Positions 1 to 13,131 of a DNA stretch of 64,000 nucleotides are shown here, in pieces (position 1 is the stretch's first letter; each line of letters begins with the position of its first letter). The stretch is from Octopus vulgaris (taxonomy: Eukaryota): assembly GCA_951406725.2 (NCBI GenBank), contig OX597816.1:51522001-51586000 (forward strand). Reading direction: 5' to 3'. Both the position numbers and the translations under genes were made by a program. A model generated the notes under the pieces. That model saw only the letters and a list, made by a program, of their open reading frames with translations, ran no database searches and had not been told where the DNA came from.

Positions 1-191
1 TTTAGCCCCGTTACGTCTGCCGTTACGTTCTGAGTTCATATTACGCCGAGGTCGACTTTGCCTTTCATCCCTTCGGGGTCGACAAATTAGGTACAAGTTA
101 CGCACTGGAGTCGATGTAATCGACTCAATCCATTTGTCTGTCCTTGTTTGTCCCCTCTATGTTTAGCCCCTTGTGGGTAATAAAGAAATAA
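1..191 (+). mobile_element. tRNA-derived SINE family A, 5' end cut by the window edge
   Basis: Matches full copies at 14027, 42136 and 63031 (gttctgagttca..ttccgccgaggtcgactttgcctttcatcctttcggggtcga...gccccttgtgggtaataaagaaata). Confidence 0.85.
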
Positions 192-1478
192 GAATATTTT
201 CAACAACAATGTCCTACTTGTACATAAACAGAGGGGATTTTTTTAATGTAATTATATTTTTGCGCATGAAGTATATCATGGTATATGAAGAATTCTTCTT
301 CCAAGGTTGACTTTTTATTTCATCCTTCCTGATTCGATAAAATATTTATCATTTGACCTATCCTTTCTCTTGAAATTGCCTGGCTTGGGCCAACATTTAA
401 AATCAACATTCTGTCTATATGCAAAGGGTGCCGAACTGGCAGAACCGTTAGCAAACCCGACAAAATTTTTTAGCAGGATTGTTTCATGTTTTACGTTTTG
501 ATTTCAAATGTTCCTGGGATCAATTTTGCGTTTCTTTGTGTCGGAGACAATAACAAAAGTAAGAATCGAGAAGCAAGTTCGATATAATCACTTAGCCACT
601 CCTCGAAAAAATTCAGGCATTGTGTTTATAGTTAAAAGAATATTCCTTATGTATGCAAGCGAGCTTGTTCTGTTTGTGCAAAAGCATATTTGTACACATT
701 TTGTGGATTAGTCAGTCTAGAAGCACAACACCTGTCACATTTGTAGGATATGCGGCACGTCGTGGTAAAGAGGAATATTTCTCGGTGCAAACTTTTCTGA
801 GCAATAAAATTTAATGCATTACCGAATCTGGTCCGACAACATGCTATTGAATGGACACGGCTAAAGCACCCAAAGCCAGGTGTTGGGCAGGGTAACGCAT
901 TGAGTCTAATATAAACGAATAGTTACAGATTATCGGAAGAGTTTTATAGTTTGCCTTTAACTAAATTCACTAACGAACATTGAATGGACACAGGGATACG
1001 GAAGAAGACGCGTCTTCAATCAACCGCACATCAGGGTCCAATCTAAAATATTGGATTACGCATGCGCGTGCTTGAGTTTATGAATGCGTCCCTTTTAGAG
1101 TGGGTAAAATGCAATAGATAGGTGAAAAAAAAAGACAAAAGACGTCGAAGGAATACTAATTTTCTGAATCTTGATTTTCTCTTGTATTGTTATAAATTAT
1201 ATTTGTTGTTTGTTTTATGTTCATTTAATCGAATTAGATTTCTTGGAATTGAACCAAAAGTTTTTTTTTCCACAGGTTAGAGTAATTGCATTTAGAGCTG
1301 TTCTGTTAAATGTTACAGTTGCATCTTCCATCATCGTCCCCATCGTCGTCGGCATTATCATCACCTTTACCACCACCACCACTGCTGTCATCATCATAAT
1401 TATCATCATCATCATCATCACCATCACCATTAATCTTTATCATCACTATCAACAACAAATGCAAGACAACTCTAAACA

Positions 1479-1520
<42 letters not shown>

Positions 1521-2718
1521 TTGAATACACAACTACTACCATCACTTCTTACAACAAACGCAATAACGAGGAGAACAACAATGGCAATGCCTTCTATCAA
1601 ACCCACAAAAACTGCATATACACACACACATGCGTGCACGCCACATTCATGCACACGCACACAAATACACACGTACACACACACTTATACAGCAGGTGAG
1701 CAGAATAACATTAAATAAATAAGATTGCATTGCTATCTATCTATTGACTTTTATGAAACACAACTCTCAAAGAAAACATAATAATAAGAAAGCGAATTGT
1801 TGGTTGGACACTGAAAACTGTTCAATAAATTGAAATTGGAAGCCTGACTTCTTCATCCAGTTACTGTTTCTGCTACTTACCAGAGGCTATATTTTATTTA
1901 GGGAGACCACCAGTTTAACGCGAATATAAGAGACACGAATACAACGTAAATATGACCACAAACACACATACACGATTGCAAAGAGACTCGAGCAAGCAGT
2001 AAAGCTGTTTTGATTACAGCACAGATTCATGTGTGTGTGTGTATGCGGGGATAGGTAAGTGTGTATGAGTGTGTGTATTCAAACACAAATACATATTAAA
2101 TAACACGCACACACACACACACACACATTGTGTATATGTGTATATATATACACATACGCAAACGTTGGTGAAGCTACTCTTTTCATGGTATCTCACTACG
2201 TATGGATTCTTCTACATAAATACTAGAATGCTCTACGTTATTTTATTTTATTTTATTTATCTTTCGGTTCTCATTTTTCTTTTTTTTTCTTTTTTTTTTC
2301 TTTTTTGATGACATTTATTATTGCCCATGGCCATTCGTCCAAATGAATAGCTTTCGCATAGCGGGACAATCATTCGCACAGGCAGACATACACAGATCCG
2401 AATGCATACGCACAACGCCGACTATAAATACTATACATACTTACAAACACACATATACATACTTATAAGTGTGGGGGCAGATAGATCGATAGATAGATTG
2501 GTGGAAAAATAGACGTGTGTGTGAATGAACAATCCTGTGTATGTGTATATATATATATATATATATTTGTGTTAACATATGATTCAGAATCGAGTCTAAG
2601 TACAAATTTCAATTGCCAAACCGAATGGATGGCTTACTAGTGAGAGAAAAGAACTGCAATATACACTGCATTCAATATAAATTTGGACACTCGTGTAACA
2701 TTTGCATATGGTCTTATG

Positions 2719-2809
<91 letters not shown>

Positions 2810-2931
2810 CCCTCATTTATGAATTATATAAATTTAACCGTTAAAGGTATTTTTTTAATATGCTGGCCATTGATAAAATTGTTTTCGAGAAAATATAATT
2901 TTTTTCGAAAAGAATTTTATCCTCACATTTG

Positions 2932-3011
<80 letters not shown>

Positions 3012-3089
3012 TAATAATAGATACAAGGGAAAAGGTCCATATATGACAGTATGACAGACAACGATTAACACATACATATACGGGTTTGA

Positions 3090-3690
3090 TTAGGTTAAAA
3101 TAAGAAATGTTCAATCCGAAACATATATTAGAAATATATTAGAAATATAAAAATATATGACTACTAAAAATATGCATGGACATATAGATATATAGATATG
3201 TAAATATAATAGTAATAGAATATAGATAAAAATAATGAAATACAGAAAAAACGACTTTTTTAAAAATTCAAAATATAATATAAAATAATAGAATAATATT
3301 TTTAATAGGTATTAAATGCATATCTAGCGTAAACACCATTTCCCTGGATGATGGGTGCCATTGTATGGAAATGAATCTTAAGATTCATATGTAATCTGCA
3401 CGAATGTACTCCTGAAACGATCGTCGGAACATATTATTTTCCTCTAATATGTTATCCGAAACTCTGTTTAGTGCATATTACTTTCTCTGTATTATATTTT
3501 CAATTTTTAAAAACGTCTTTTTTCTATATTTCAATATTTTTATCTATATTCTATTATCATTAAATTTACATATCTATGTATCTGTATGTCCATGTACATT
3601 TTTAGTACTTATATATTTTTATATTTCTATATTTCTAATATATCATTATCTGTTTCAGATTGGATGATTCTTATTTCATCTCTAGACTAA
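3090..3690 (+). mobile_element. Foldback insertion with a degenerate PLE-type hammerhead in the spacer
   Basis: About 3090-3285 is a diverged reverse complement of about 3490-3690. Spacer 3339-3429 reads ttcc-CTGGATGA-tggg...cct-GAAA-cgatcg-TC-ggaa, with palindromic ACGATCGT. Confidence 0.55.
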
Positions 3691-4441
3691 TTCTTATTTT
3701 TCAAGCATCCAAAACGGCAGACCCTCTTTGTCACAAGAATTGATTACTTCACAATGACCCTTGGAAAGCTAATTTAAACAGCGAAAACCGGTTGGATATC
3801 ATGACTTCCATAAAATATGTATATACTTTAAAAAATTTTCTTTATAAAAAGATATTAAACTATGTGAAACGTAGGCAATTCTCTTCCAATTTTTATATAT
3901 GATTTCTATATAGTTTCAACTAATTTTGCCTTGTGGTGTATACTGATTCTCCAGTATTTTTGCTCCTTTTATATATTTTTATATTTATATATATATGTAT
4001 ATATAGAGAGAGAGATAGGGGGGAGAAGATGCATGTATGTATAGAGAGAGACAGAGAGTAAAGGAGAGAGGGAGCAGGATAGAGAGTAGGTGTTAGGTAG
4101 GTACATACACTTACAGGCATACACGTACGTACATACTAAGAGATAGATACATAAAATTATACATACATATATATATATATATATATATGTATGTATATAT
4201 GCATGTGTCTATATGTAAGTAAAAAGTTTTGAAAATAAGTTTAAAGAGTGCTAAATGCTAAAGGGCGAGAGTTATTTAGGCGTATAACAGCGGACAGCTC
4301 ACATCTAATGATTCGAATTTCAACTTCTTCAACATTAGATTCGTCATGAAATGACTTTGTGCCCGGTTTCAGGATGTCGAACAGGAAATTTGAAGTACTG
4401 TATGTGAAGTCCCAGCAGTAACAACAACAACAACAACAACA

Positions 4442-4486
<45 letters not shown>

Positions 4487-5534
4487 TAACAAAATCAATA
4501 AAAATATAGACATATATGTGTTTGTATATACATATATATATTCATATATATATATACACGCACACTCATATGTACATGTACATACATGCATCCATGCATA
4601 TATGTATATATATACATATATGTATGTGTGTATATATATATATATATTTATACAGAGTGTTATTGATATAGATAGATTGATACTCACACATATGTGTGTG
4701 CCTGTTTGTGTATGTGTGTGCCTGTTTGTGTATGTGTGTGTGGAAGTGTGTGTAAGCATGCATATTAGTATATTTTAATTCTTTTTATAAATATGTATGT
4801 ATGCTTCATTTCCTATAATTTTTCATGCAACATCGCCAATACTTTAACTAGTATTTAATCTTTTTTTATTATTATTACCATGTTCAAATCCTTTTTATTG
4901 TCCGTAAGTGCCTCGTGGTTATTCTCATCGTATTATGAATTCACAAAAAGTTTCAAACGAGCAAAGAAAAAGAAATTATAAGACAGTCTTTAAGTATTCG
5001 AATTTTTTAAACCCTGTTTTTTTAAGAATAGCTATTCATTTTATTTGCAAAAATCATACAGTCAATAAAATCAGTTACTCGTTATTTTTTATTTCAGCTT
5101 TATTACTAATAAATTAGATAAATTATCTAGTGATCAATTATTTAATTGATTATACTATCAAAGTTGTTTCACAACGGTCTTTGAATTTATCAATGAGAAT
5201 GTAATTTTCACCCACTTCCTTTGCCACGGCATTTACTGCATGTTTAGTGTTCGTCTCATAGATTTTGTACTGAGAGAGTCATACCAGATAGTTATAGATA
5301 TTATAACAAAGTTATTGATAAAGTCAACGGCTATGATCGAAAAACTTCGACAGAATAATCGATTAGCAAATTTATCAACTGATAATCGAACACGGTTGAT
5401 TGGTACTAAAACTGAAATTTTACATAACCATTTCGTGCAAGTTTTCTCAGCATTATCTCAATTTATATGTACAATATCATTTCAAACTAACGATTTTTCA
5501 TCAAGAATCTTATATCTTTACTGTCCAAAAGGAG

Positions 5535-5692
5535 ATACACACAGAGTGCGTAACTGGTACTTATTTAATCGACCCCGAAAGGATGAAAGGCAAAGTCGAA
5601 CGCGGCGGAATTTGAACTCAGAACGTAGCGGCAGACGAAATGCCGCTAAATATTTCGGCCAGCGCGCTAACGTTTCTGCCAGCTCGCCGCCT
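5535..5692 (-). mobile_element. SINE family A, partial
   Basis: Reverse complement of the family A head and core (ggcggcgagctggcagaaacgttagc...gcctttcatcctttcggggtcga). Confidence 0.8.
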
Positions 5693-6439
5693 TATTTTTA
5701 ATCAAGATTCTTTATCAAGAATCTTGCAAGACATTGAAAAAGGAAGTAATTATTAATTTTGTTAGATAAATAGCGAAGAAAAAACATTTAAAATTTTTCG
5801 TTTGTTCGAATGTTATTTAATGCCTGATATTCAACTAATATTTTCCAAAACAATTCCACTTCTCATTAGCGTCCTAATGTTCAGGAGAGGTGCGAGATTT
5901 AAAAATAATTGGCAACATTGAATTCAGCGACGGTGATGACATCCGAATAAACAAGACGACAATGAATGCCTACGTCATCTCTCGCCCTGCCAAAAATAGT
6001 TACCTAGTTTCTATGCAATGCACGCTATAAACTCTAAGTTAAAACTACTAAATATAGTTCTTCATACATATAGTCTGGAAAATGTTATAACAATGGCTAG
6101 TATAACTTTGTATGTGCTCTTCATTGAGGTTTATAGTAAAAAAATGCAAAAAATACGGAACACTAACATCAGCAGCCATCACCGTCAACCAATAAAGTTT
6201 GCCGACGCTAGTTCTTGCTAGAAATAGAAGGGAAAACCTTAAATGGTATCCTATGTACGGTATTTGACAAACGAAACACAAAAGCCACTTTAGAAACATA
6301 TAGCATAAGATATACCAAACGACAGGATAATCACGGCTGGAATAACTTTGATTAAAGAACTGCACGATTACGGATATTTGAATATAAACAACAAGATAAC
6401 AATAGCAACATTAAGGAAGGAAGAAGTTATATATGTATA

Positions 6440-6785
6440 TATAATATGAATTTAGAAGTGTGTGGAAATGGAAGGTTTAAACCAGAGTTACAGGGAATCA
6501 TTAGCTATGATATCCAGGTGAAAAAATGTGAAAGTGGAAGTACATACAATATATGCGGTGAGTGATCTTTCATTGAGAACGAAGTTTGAATATAAATTGT
6601 TCTTAAGACAGCATAAGTGTGTTAGTCGATGAAATATGTGATAATCGTTCGCGAAGAAAAAACGATGGGTGTCATCCATGTTGGATAGATGAACAGGAAT
6701 GCAGGAAATGTTGATTTGTCGGAAGAAATCAACAATAAATGCACCAATGTATTCCCTCAACCTCCTGTTTGATACTTGTTCAAAA
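6440..6785 (-). pseudogene. Possible degenerate PLE reverse-transcriptase fragment
   Basis: Translation has MDD followed downstream by ...FTF..LDI, resembling the PLE RT C-terminal YxDD / FLDI region; heavily decayed. Confidence 0.3.
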
Positions 6786-6924
6786 TATTATCTGAATATT
6801 GTGGCTTATATGTTAAGATGTAATCAATGAATGCATCAGTAAAAGTCTACAGAAACAGCTATAGTACTTTAAACTTCATATATCCAAAACTATGCAAACT
6901 CTGAACTTTGCTCAGTAATGTGTT

Positions 6925-7118
6925 TACAGGAGTTAGTTATGTCGTCGCTCATAGAGTGACCAATGCATTTGCATACATAAAGCGCTTAGTTTCATTGACG
7001 AATCTTCAGACTCCAGCGACCGCGGACATTCGAATCTGACGAGTCGACAATAAAGCTAAACGCTTTAGGGATGCGAAGCCTTTTATCCCTCTATAACCAG
7101 CCATATAACTAACCTTCT
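6925..7118. repeat. Diverged palindromic (MITE-like) element
   Basis: Nested inverted arms ggagttagttatg/tataactaacctt and taaagcgcttagtttcattg/caataaagctaaacgcttta. Confidence 0.5.
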
Positions 7119-7520
7119 ATAATATGTGTGTGCGTGTGTGTGTAAGAAAAAAATGAAATTAAAAAAGCCAGGCAGATATCAATACAATTCTCAGTATTAA
7201 AGGAAATGTTTAATTATATACAGCAAATAAATGCACATAGAATGCAAATCCAAGTTAATTATTCACGTATGACAAGTAGATTCAAATATCAGTTTGAAGA
7301 ATTTCGTGGAATTCAGGGTATTAGACTACAAAAATACTTTGAATTTAATTATTTTTTGGATCACCTTGAAAACGTTCGGTTAACATGCATTTTTGGAAAT
7401 AATTTTAATGATGTTTTCTGCATCTTCATTTTAATACAACAGAGACAAATATCGGAATTTATAAGGTGAATTCTACAAATTGTGATCGTCTTATTACATG
7501 TCTATACGTTTCTATATATG

Positions 7521-7570
<50 letters not shown>

Positions 7571-7656
7571 GTATCTACGTGTCTATATATATGTATGTAT
7601 GTATCTATGTATGTATGTATGTATGTATGTATGTATGTATTTACGTACGTATGCGT

Positions 7657-7805
7657 AGGCGTGAGTGTGTGGTTAGATAATGACCTCCCACCTACATAGC
7701 TCCAGGTTCAGTTCCACTGCTTGGGCAAGTTTCTTCTACTATAGCATCGGGCCGACCAAAAGCTTTTGAGTGAGTTTGGTAGAGAGAATCTGAAAGAAGC
7801 CCGTC

Positions 7806-7859
<54 letters not shown>

Positions 7860-8047
7860 GTTTGTGCGGGTGTGTGTATGTGTCTTTGTGTTGGTCTGTT
7901 TACGTCCCTGTAACTTAGTGGTTCGGGAAAAGAGACCGATAAAATGACTTCTATATTTACAAATTATAACTCCTGAGATCGATTGCTTCAACTAAAAACA
8001 CTTTAAGGCGGTGTCCCAGCAAATGACTGAAACAAATAAAAGAATTA
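7657..8047 (+). mobile_element. SINE family B (CORE-like, internal TA/TG microsatellite)
   Basis: ggcgtgagtgtgtggttag...ttgggcaagtttcttctactatagc...gaaagaagcccgtcg(TA)n...aaatgactgaaacaaataaaaga. Confidence 0.8.
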
Positions 8048-8081
8048 AAAAATATCTATATAGATGGATAGATTATTGAGA

Positions 8082-8413
8082 CCCCCTTCGATCTTGACTG
8101 ACCTTGGGATTTCACCTAGAAAGTTACTCTCCCAGGCACAATCCGGGCAAGGTTGTTTATGGAAGACCAGCAGTCACCCATGCATACCGGCCTCCCCTCT
8201 CCACACTACCAGTGTTATCCAAGGGAAAAGCAACAGCAGATACAGCTTGGCACCTGTGACCTCGCAACTCATTTCTACAGCGGAGTGAACTGGAGCAACG
8301 TAAAATAAAGTGTCTTGCTCAAGAACACAATACGCAATCCCGTCCGGGATTCGAACTCACAACCTCACGATCATAAGCTCGATGCTCTAACTACTGAGCC
8401 ATGCGCCTTCACA
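8082..8413 (-). mobile_element. tRNA-derived SINE family D
   Basis: Minus strand starts gaaggcgcatggctcagtagttagagc (A box), then gagttcgaatcc (B box), then a CORE/V-like gttcttgagcaagacacttt segment. Confidence 0.75.
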
Positions 8414-8599
8414 GATTGATAGATATATAGATACATACATACATGCATATGCACATACATAAACTTCTAACACGATGCTCTTTTATTATATTACATCTCA
8501 TTTCACTTCTTGCATTGACTTTGTGCATGTTTAAATGGTCGATTATTTGTATCGGTATTACTGAGTATCACAGATCGTGACACTACCAGTAACATTTAT

Positions 8600-9200
8600 A
8601 CTGAAATACCGCTATATCGACATTCTTCAACGAATTTGATTGGTGCCATATGCAAGAGTTATTAGATGTTTCCAAGTGTTATTAGGTGTTTATTCGAACA
8701 TAAGGCAATGTCGGCCACGAATGAATAATAGATGAGAACGCAAACGCTCCTATGAAAATATGACAACACATGTTCTCATGCGCTGTTTGATTCAAATTAA
8801 ACACAGCCCTTAATGAAATAACTTCAAAACTGTGAAGCTTACAATTTTGTTGTCCGAAACTGCAGCGCAGCTGAATAGTGCTCACTGGAATAAAAGACTT
8901 AATTGGTTTGCTAGAGGGTTTTCTATTGTGGTGTTGATGAATAAAAAATGATAAATTCATCACCAATTATCAAACGTTTCCAGTCCTTAGTGCAATTGTG
9001 ACATGTAGCTAATCATTGGTAGGTATTTCGCTATCTCTTTTAGTTCTTTTCTTTGGTCTTGGTTTTTTATTTGTCACCCGTGTTCAGCAAGCAGGACACA
9101 GTTTTGTTGTCATTGCACAGCTAATGAGTAAACATATATAACCTGATCAATAAAATATCATATTAGCGATGCATTGTGTGTCACTGGTGTCATGTTGCGT
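8600..9200 (-). pseudogene. Possible decayed Tc1-like transposase
   Basis: Minus-strand remnants KDWKRLIIGDE (compare Tc1 DW..V.FSDE) and a K/R-rich RP.K.T.RD segment; many stops. Confidence 0.3.
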
Positions 9201-9769
9201 CTGTAATCATTATATTTCAAATTCATATAGTTTACGCCTCAAGCAAATATTTGAATATTGTACTTCTGTCTCCGCTCAGCACGATACTTGTTCCGTTGTT
9301 ATTTACATTTAATACTATTGTGAAATAGAATTAACTACTGAAAGACATTTAGGGCGGTATTCTACTATTTCTGAGACGATCAGTAGCATTATTATGAAAT
9401 GCCAGTGTATTTAACTCTAACCTGAAATTTTAGAGATGATATTTTTTTCGATTAGATAGACTTAACTGATCATTATTTCCTCACAAGGAACCATAAAGGT
9501 AGATATCTGCGTGTGAGTGTATGCGTGTGTGTAAGTATGTGCCTGTGTGTGCGTACGTATGTATTCTCCGACCTGTCTTTATGATGATTCAACTTAATAG
9601 AACTGCAGGTTATTTCTGCAATAACCAAAAATGGCACGCAAGGAGGAAAACTTTAGCAACGCTAAATATTTTTAGGGATGATATATATACAGAGAGAGAG
9701 AGAAAAAGAAAGAAGAAAGAGAGGGAGAGATGTATATATCCTTCAGAAATGTATATATATACCCCAGAA

Positions 9770-9980
9770 ATGTAACCACATGAGAGCTGTTGGCGATTCC
9801 CCTAGCCTTCTTCCTTCCTTCCCTTTAGACTTTCCTATTTTCTTGTTTCCGAAGAAGAGCTATCATCGACACGCAGATCGATTTCTCTCTCCTTTCTCTG
9901 AGAGTCTTAATACGTTGCTTGGACTGGGTTCTCACGTTTGTGTGTTTTTTTTTTTTTTCAATGTTTTTTTAATTAACCAT
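9770..9980 (+). mobile_element. PLE pseudo-LTR-like repeat, diverged copy of the 15725/27295 family
   Basis: Same layout as those copies, with a decayed hammerhead ttt-CCGAAGA-agagc... Confidence 0.5.
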
Positions 9981-10027
9981 ATATATCTATATATGTGTGT
10001 GTAGATGTATATATGCAGTTATATATA

Positions 10028-11185
10028 TGTCCTGTCCTTACCTTCGAAACACGCATGGAGTCGAACCGGGGACAGCTGATGAAGGGGAATGTTCCTTGTG
10101 TTGTTTGTCCTGTGTTCTGTTTTTTCGTTGTTAAAAAAAAGTCCGTTCCCTTGTTTTTATGTTTTCGTTTCTCGTTGAGTTCCATGTCTATTTGTGGTGT
10201 CCTGTACTCACATATATATATTTATATATGCATGTATATATACATGTAGATGTAGGTACGTACATATATGTATGTATGCATATATTTTATTTATCACATT
10301 ATTGTATGACTGAGCACCCTCGCGTCGTTTCGTTTCGTTCTTTCCTTTCTCCCTGTATGCTTTTATATATAATTATGACGCGAAACTCTGTAACCCTTTG
10401 CTTGACCTTTCCTTCCATCCTGTCTGTCTCTCTCCTTAATTTTCCCCCTTTCTGGTTTCCTTTCCTCTCTCTCTCTCTCTCTCTCTTACTCCTCCTCATC
10501 TCCCTCACGGCTGAGTCGACCTTACTTTCTTTTCACTCCAGCCTGCTACAAGTCAAGACGACTTATTTCCTGCGCTCTGAATTTTTTTTCCTCGTCTAGG
10601 CTAAAAAAGGCCCTCGATGTTTGTTTTTTTTGTCCTGTTTTTATTTCTCATGTGTACTGTATTTTTTTCATATTTGTATTTCTTTTTGTATTCGTATTTT
10701 TATTTGTATTTTTATTTGTATTGCTTTTACGTCCTGTTCTTGTCACATTTTTTTCTTTCCTTGTTTTTACCCCTCTGCAAGGGAATTTTATCTAATTCCC
10801 TCGCAGGAAGGATCGGTCCGGCGAGCGTGTCCTGTCCTTACCATCGAAACACGCATGAAATCGAACCGGGGACAGCTGATGAAGGGGAATGTTCCTTGTG
10901 TCGTTTGTCCTGTGTTCTGTTATTTCGTTGTTAAAAAAAAGTCCGTTCCCTTGTTTTTATGTTTTCGTTTCTCGTTGAGTTCCACGTCTATTTGTGGTGT
11001 TCTGTACTCACATATATATATTTATATATGCATGTATATATACATGTAGATGTAGGTACGTACATATATGTATGTATGTATGCATATATTTTATTTATTA
11101 CATTATTGTATGACTGAGCGCCCTCGCGTCGTTTCGTGTCGTTTCGTTTCGTTCTTTCCTTTCTCCCAATATGCTTTTATATATA
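10028..11185 (+). repeat. Direct repeat of about 345 bp (10028-10370 and 10828-11185, offset 800) carrying a permuted hammerhead motif
   Basis: Near-identical copies beginning tgtcctgtccttacc(t/a)tcgaaacacgcatg; lies just upstream of a PLE endonuclease fragment. Confidence 0.85.
10825..10887 (+). ncRNA. Candidate non-circularly permuted hammerhead ribozyme (family 1)
   Basis: GCGUG-UC^CUGUCCUU-a-CCAUC-GAAA-CACGC...GGGGACAG-CUGAUGA-AGGGG. Stem III GCGUG/CACGC, stem I CUGUCCUU/GGGGACAG, weak stem II. Confidence 0.55.
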
Positions 11186-11420
11186 TATATATTAAGCTAT
11201 GGTTGCAGAATAAACAAATTGAAGGTCATCCACGTAACATTTCATATCTCGAACATTTAATCACATATGCTTGTACTGATGAGTTGTGTTTCATATTCCG
11301 TGATGTTATACATGTATATTCTATTTGAAAGAAAAAGCATTATGTGATTAAATGTTCGAGATATGAAATGTTTCGTGGATGACCTTGTATTTGTTTGTTC
11401 TGCAACCATAGTTTGATATA
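11186..11420. repeat. Foldback element, arms of about 85 bp
   Basis: ctatggttgcagaataaacaaat...taatcacata is the reverse complement of tatgtgattaaatgttcgag...ctgcaaccatag; CTGATGA at 11276 lies in the spacer. Confidence 0.8.
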
Positions 11421-11499
11421 TTTGTCTCATTTAATTGAGCACTTCTATAGCAGTTCTATTAAACATTTTGTTCCTGATAAGAAACAATCACTCTATTAT

Positions 11500-11538
<39 letters not shown>

Positions 11539-11555
11539 GTGAAATAGAAAGATGA

Positions 11556-11954
11556 ATTAGATTCACGTCGGCGAACTCCAAGATCAAAAACGCCGTCTAC
11601 CAATGCAAGGTTTACACGGACTCAGATGTCTTCACTTATGTAGGGGCCTCATCCTCAAGATTGTCTTTGCGTGTCTCCAACCATTACGCAACTTTTCGGG
11701 ACATGAAAAAGCGCCAGACCACGGGACTCAGTAAGCTAATATGGCGACTGAAGGATACGAACTTAAGCTACAGGCTGGAATGGTCAATTTTGTCCGTGGC
11801 CCTCCCATTTGATAGGGGCAGAAGGCAGTGCAACCTTTGTGTCTCCGAACTCTTCCATATTTTGTTTGCCAGAGGCCGGATGGTAAACGGGCTTTTACAG
11901 TCGGCTTTTCGATGCCCCCATTGGCGGCGTTACACTTATCTGGCTTTTAAATAG
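11556..11954 (+). mobile_element. PLE GIY-YIG endonuclease C-terminal coding fragment (5'-truncated)
   Basis: In-frame with the track ORF 11661-11954: NAVYQCKV...TYVG...RVSNH...T.LSK.IW.LK...WSIL...CNLC..E...RCPH, i.e. the GIY-YIG motif plus the PLE Cys/His tail. Confidence 0.85.
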
Positions 11955-12685
11955 CGTTTATAAATAATACCGGCACCCATAGCCCTTGGTAACAAATTCT
12001 GAAATAGCCTTTAAGATATCTATGATTAACCACTGCAAGGGGAATTACTCCTGTAAGACAAACGGGGCTTGGTTTTTTCACAGCGGGGGTTTCCTTGACA
12101 AGGCAGGCTTAGATGAACACACACACACATAAAACATGATATATATTTTTTTTCTGCCACCCAACGGTTATCACGGCAGTAGCCACTGACAGCCGAACGA
12201 TCAAACGCACACACGTACACAAAAAATGTTTTCTACCCCTACGCCAACACACACATATATAGAACAGTATACACACACACACGTCTCTAAGTAGATTTTT
12301 TCTCGCCCCTTATAAAACATCCAATATTCCTTAAATAGTCAGAACTTTATTCTCGGTCACAAAGAACATCTACGCACCCTCACCCACATGATTGACCGAT
12401 GCCTGACCCGTTGAATTCTTCAGCCACCGGTTCTCAACATACACTGATAAACAGTTTCGCCATGGGCTCTTAGGAGCATAGTTCGATTTGTTTTTGCTCC
12501 GCCTCTGTTCTGTTTTTGTTTTTCCAACGGATTTCCTATTTTCTTCCTGAAGAGAAAGACACAATATGGTCCCATTATTCCATCGGATTTTGGTAATTTG
12601 TGCCTTTCGAAACACGTGTAGAATGAAATAAAACGATTTCTGTTCAATCTGCGTTCAGCTCCATTTCTTCAATTCACCAATAATG

Positions 12686-12778
<93 letters not shown>

Positions 12779-12852
12779 TGTATAAAAAAGGAAATGAAGA
12801 AAATGCTGACAAATAATTGAAGTAATTTAAGTAATTTAATTAGGTGAAAGTT

Positions 12853-12892
12853 CTTTTTACCGGTTGCGCATTTGTTATGCTTATCAAAATAT
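12853..12892 (-). ncRNA. Degenerate minimal hammerhead (U3-A8 variant)
   Basis: Minus strand: TTGATAA-gcat-aacaa-atgc-GCAA-ccgg-TA-aaa. Perfect 4-bp stem II, palindromic ACCGGT, GAAA mutated to GCAA. Confidence 0.4.
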
Positions 12893-12924
12893 AAAAGAGA
12901 GATTAGAGTCTGTCTCTTATATGT

Positions 12925-13131
12925 GAAAAAAAGAGGCTCCAGAGTTGTTTGGGATTTGCTTGGTTTCGCGCCTAAAATTTTGATTGGTCATTATGAAGGG
13001 GTCACGTGAATGTTTGAATGGAAGTTGGTGTTGGGGTAAGAAAAAAGGCTCCAGAGAAGTTAAAATTTGGCTAGTGTCCCGCCTAAAATTTCTTATTGGC
13101 CATAATAAAGAGGTCACGTGAACGTTTAGAA
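12925..13131. repeat. Diverged tandem duplication, period about 115 bp
   Basis: aaaaaa(ga)ggctccagag...cgcctaaaattt...attgg...ggtcacgtgaa occurs twice. Confidence 0.7.

Noticed and set aside
2808-2930. TTGATAA...GAAA motif in a dispersed repeat (reverse copy near 38085-38190)
   Set aside because: The repeat is real but hammerhead stems I and III cannot be drawn convincingly.
4280-4415. Possible host exon in non-repetitive sequence
   Set aside because: No recognisable protein similarity and splice signals are ambiguous; it needs RNA-seq or homology evidence.
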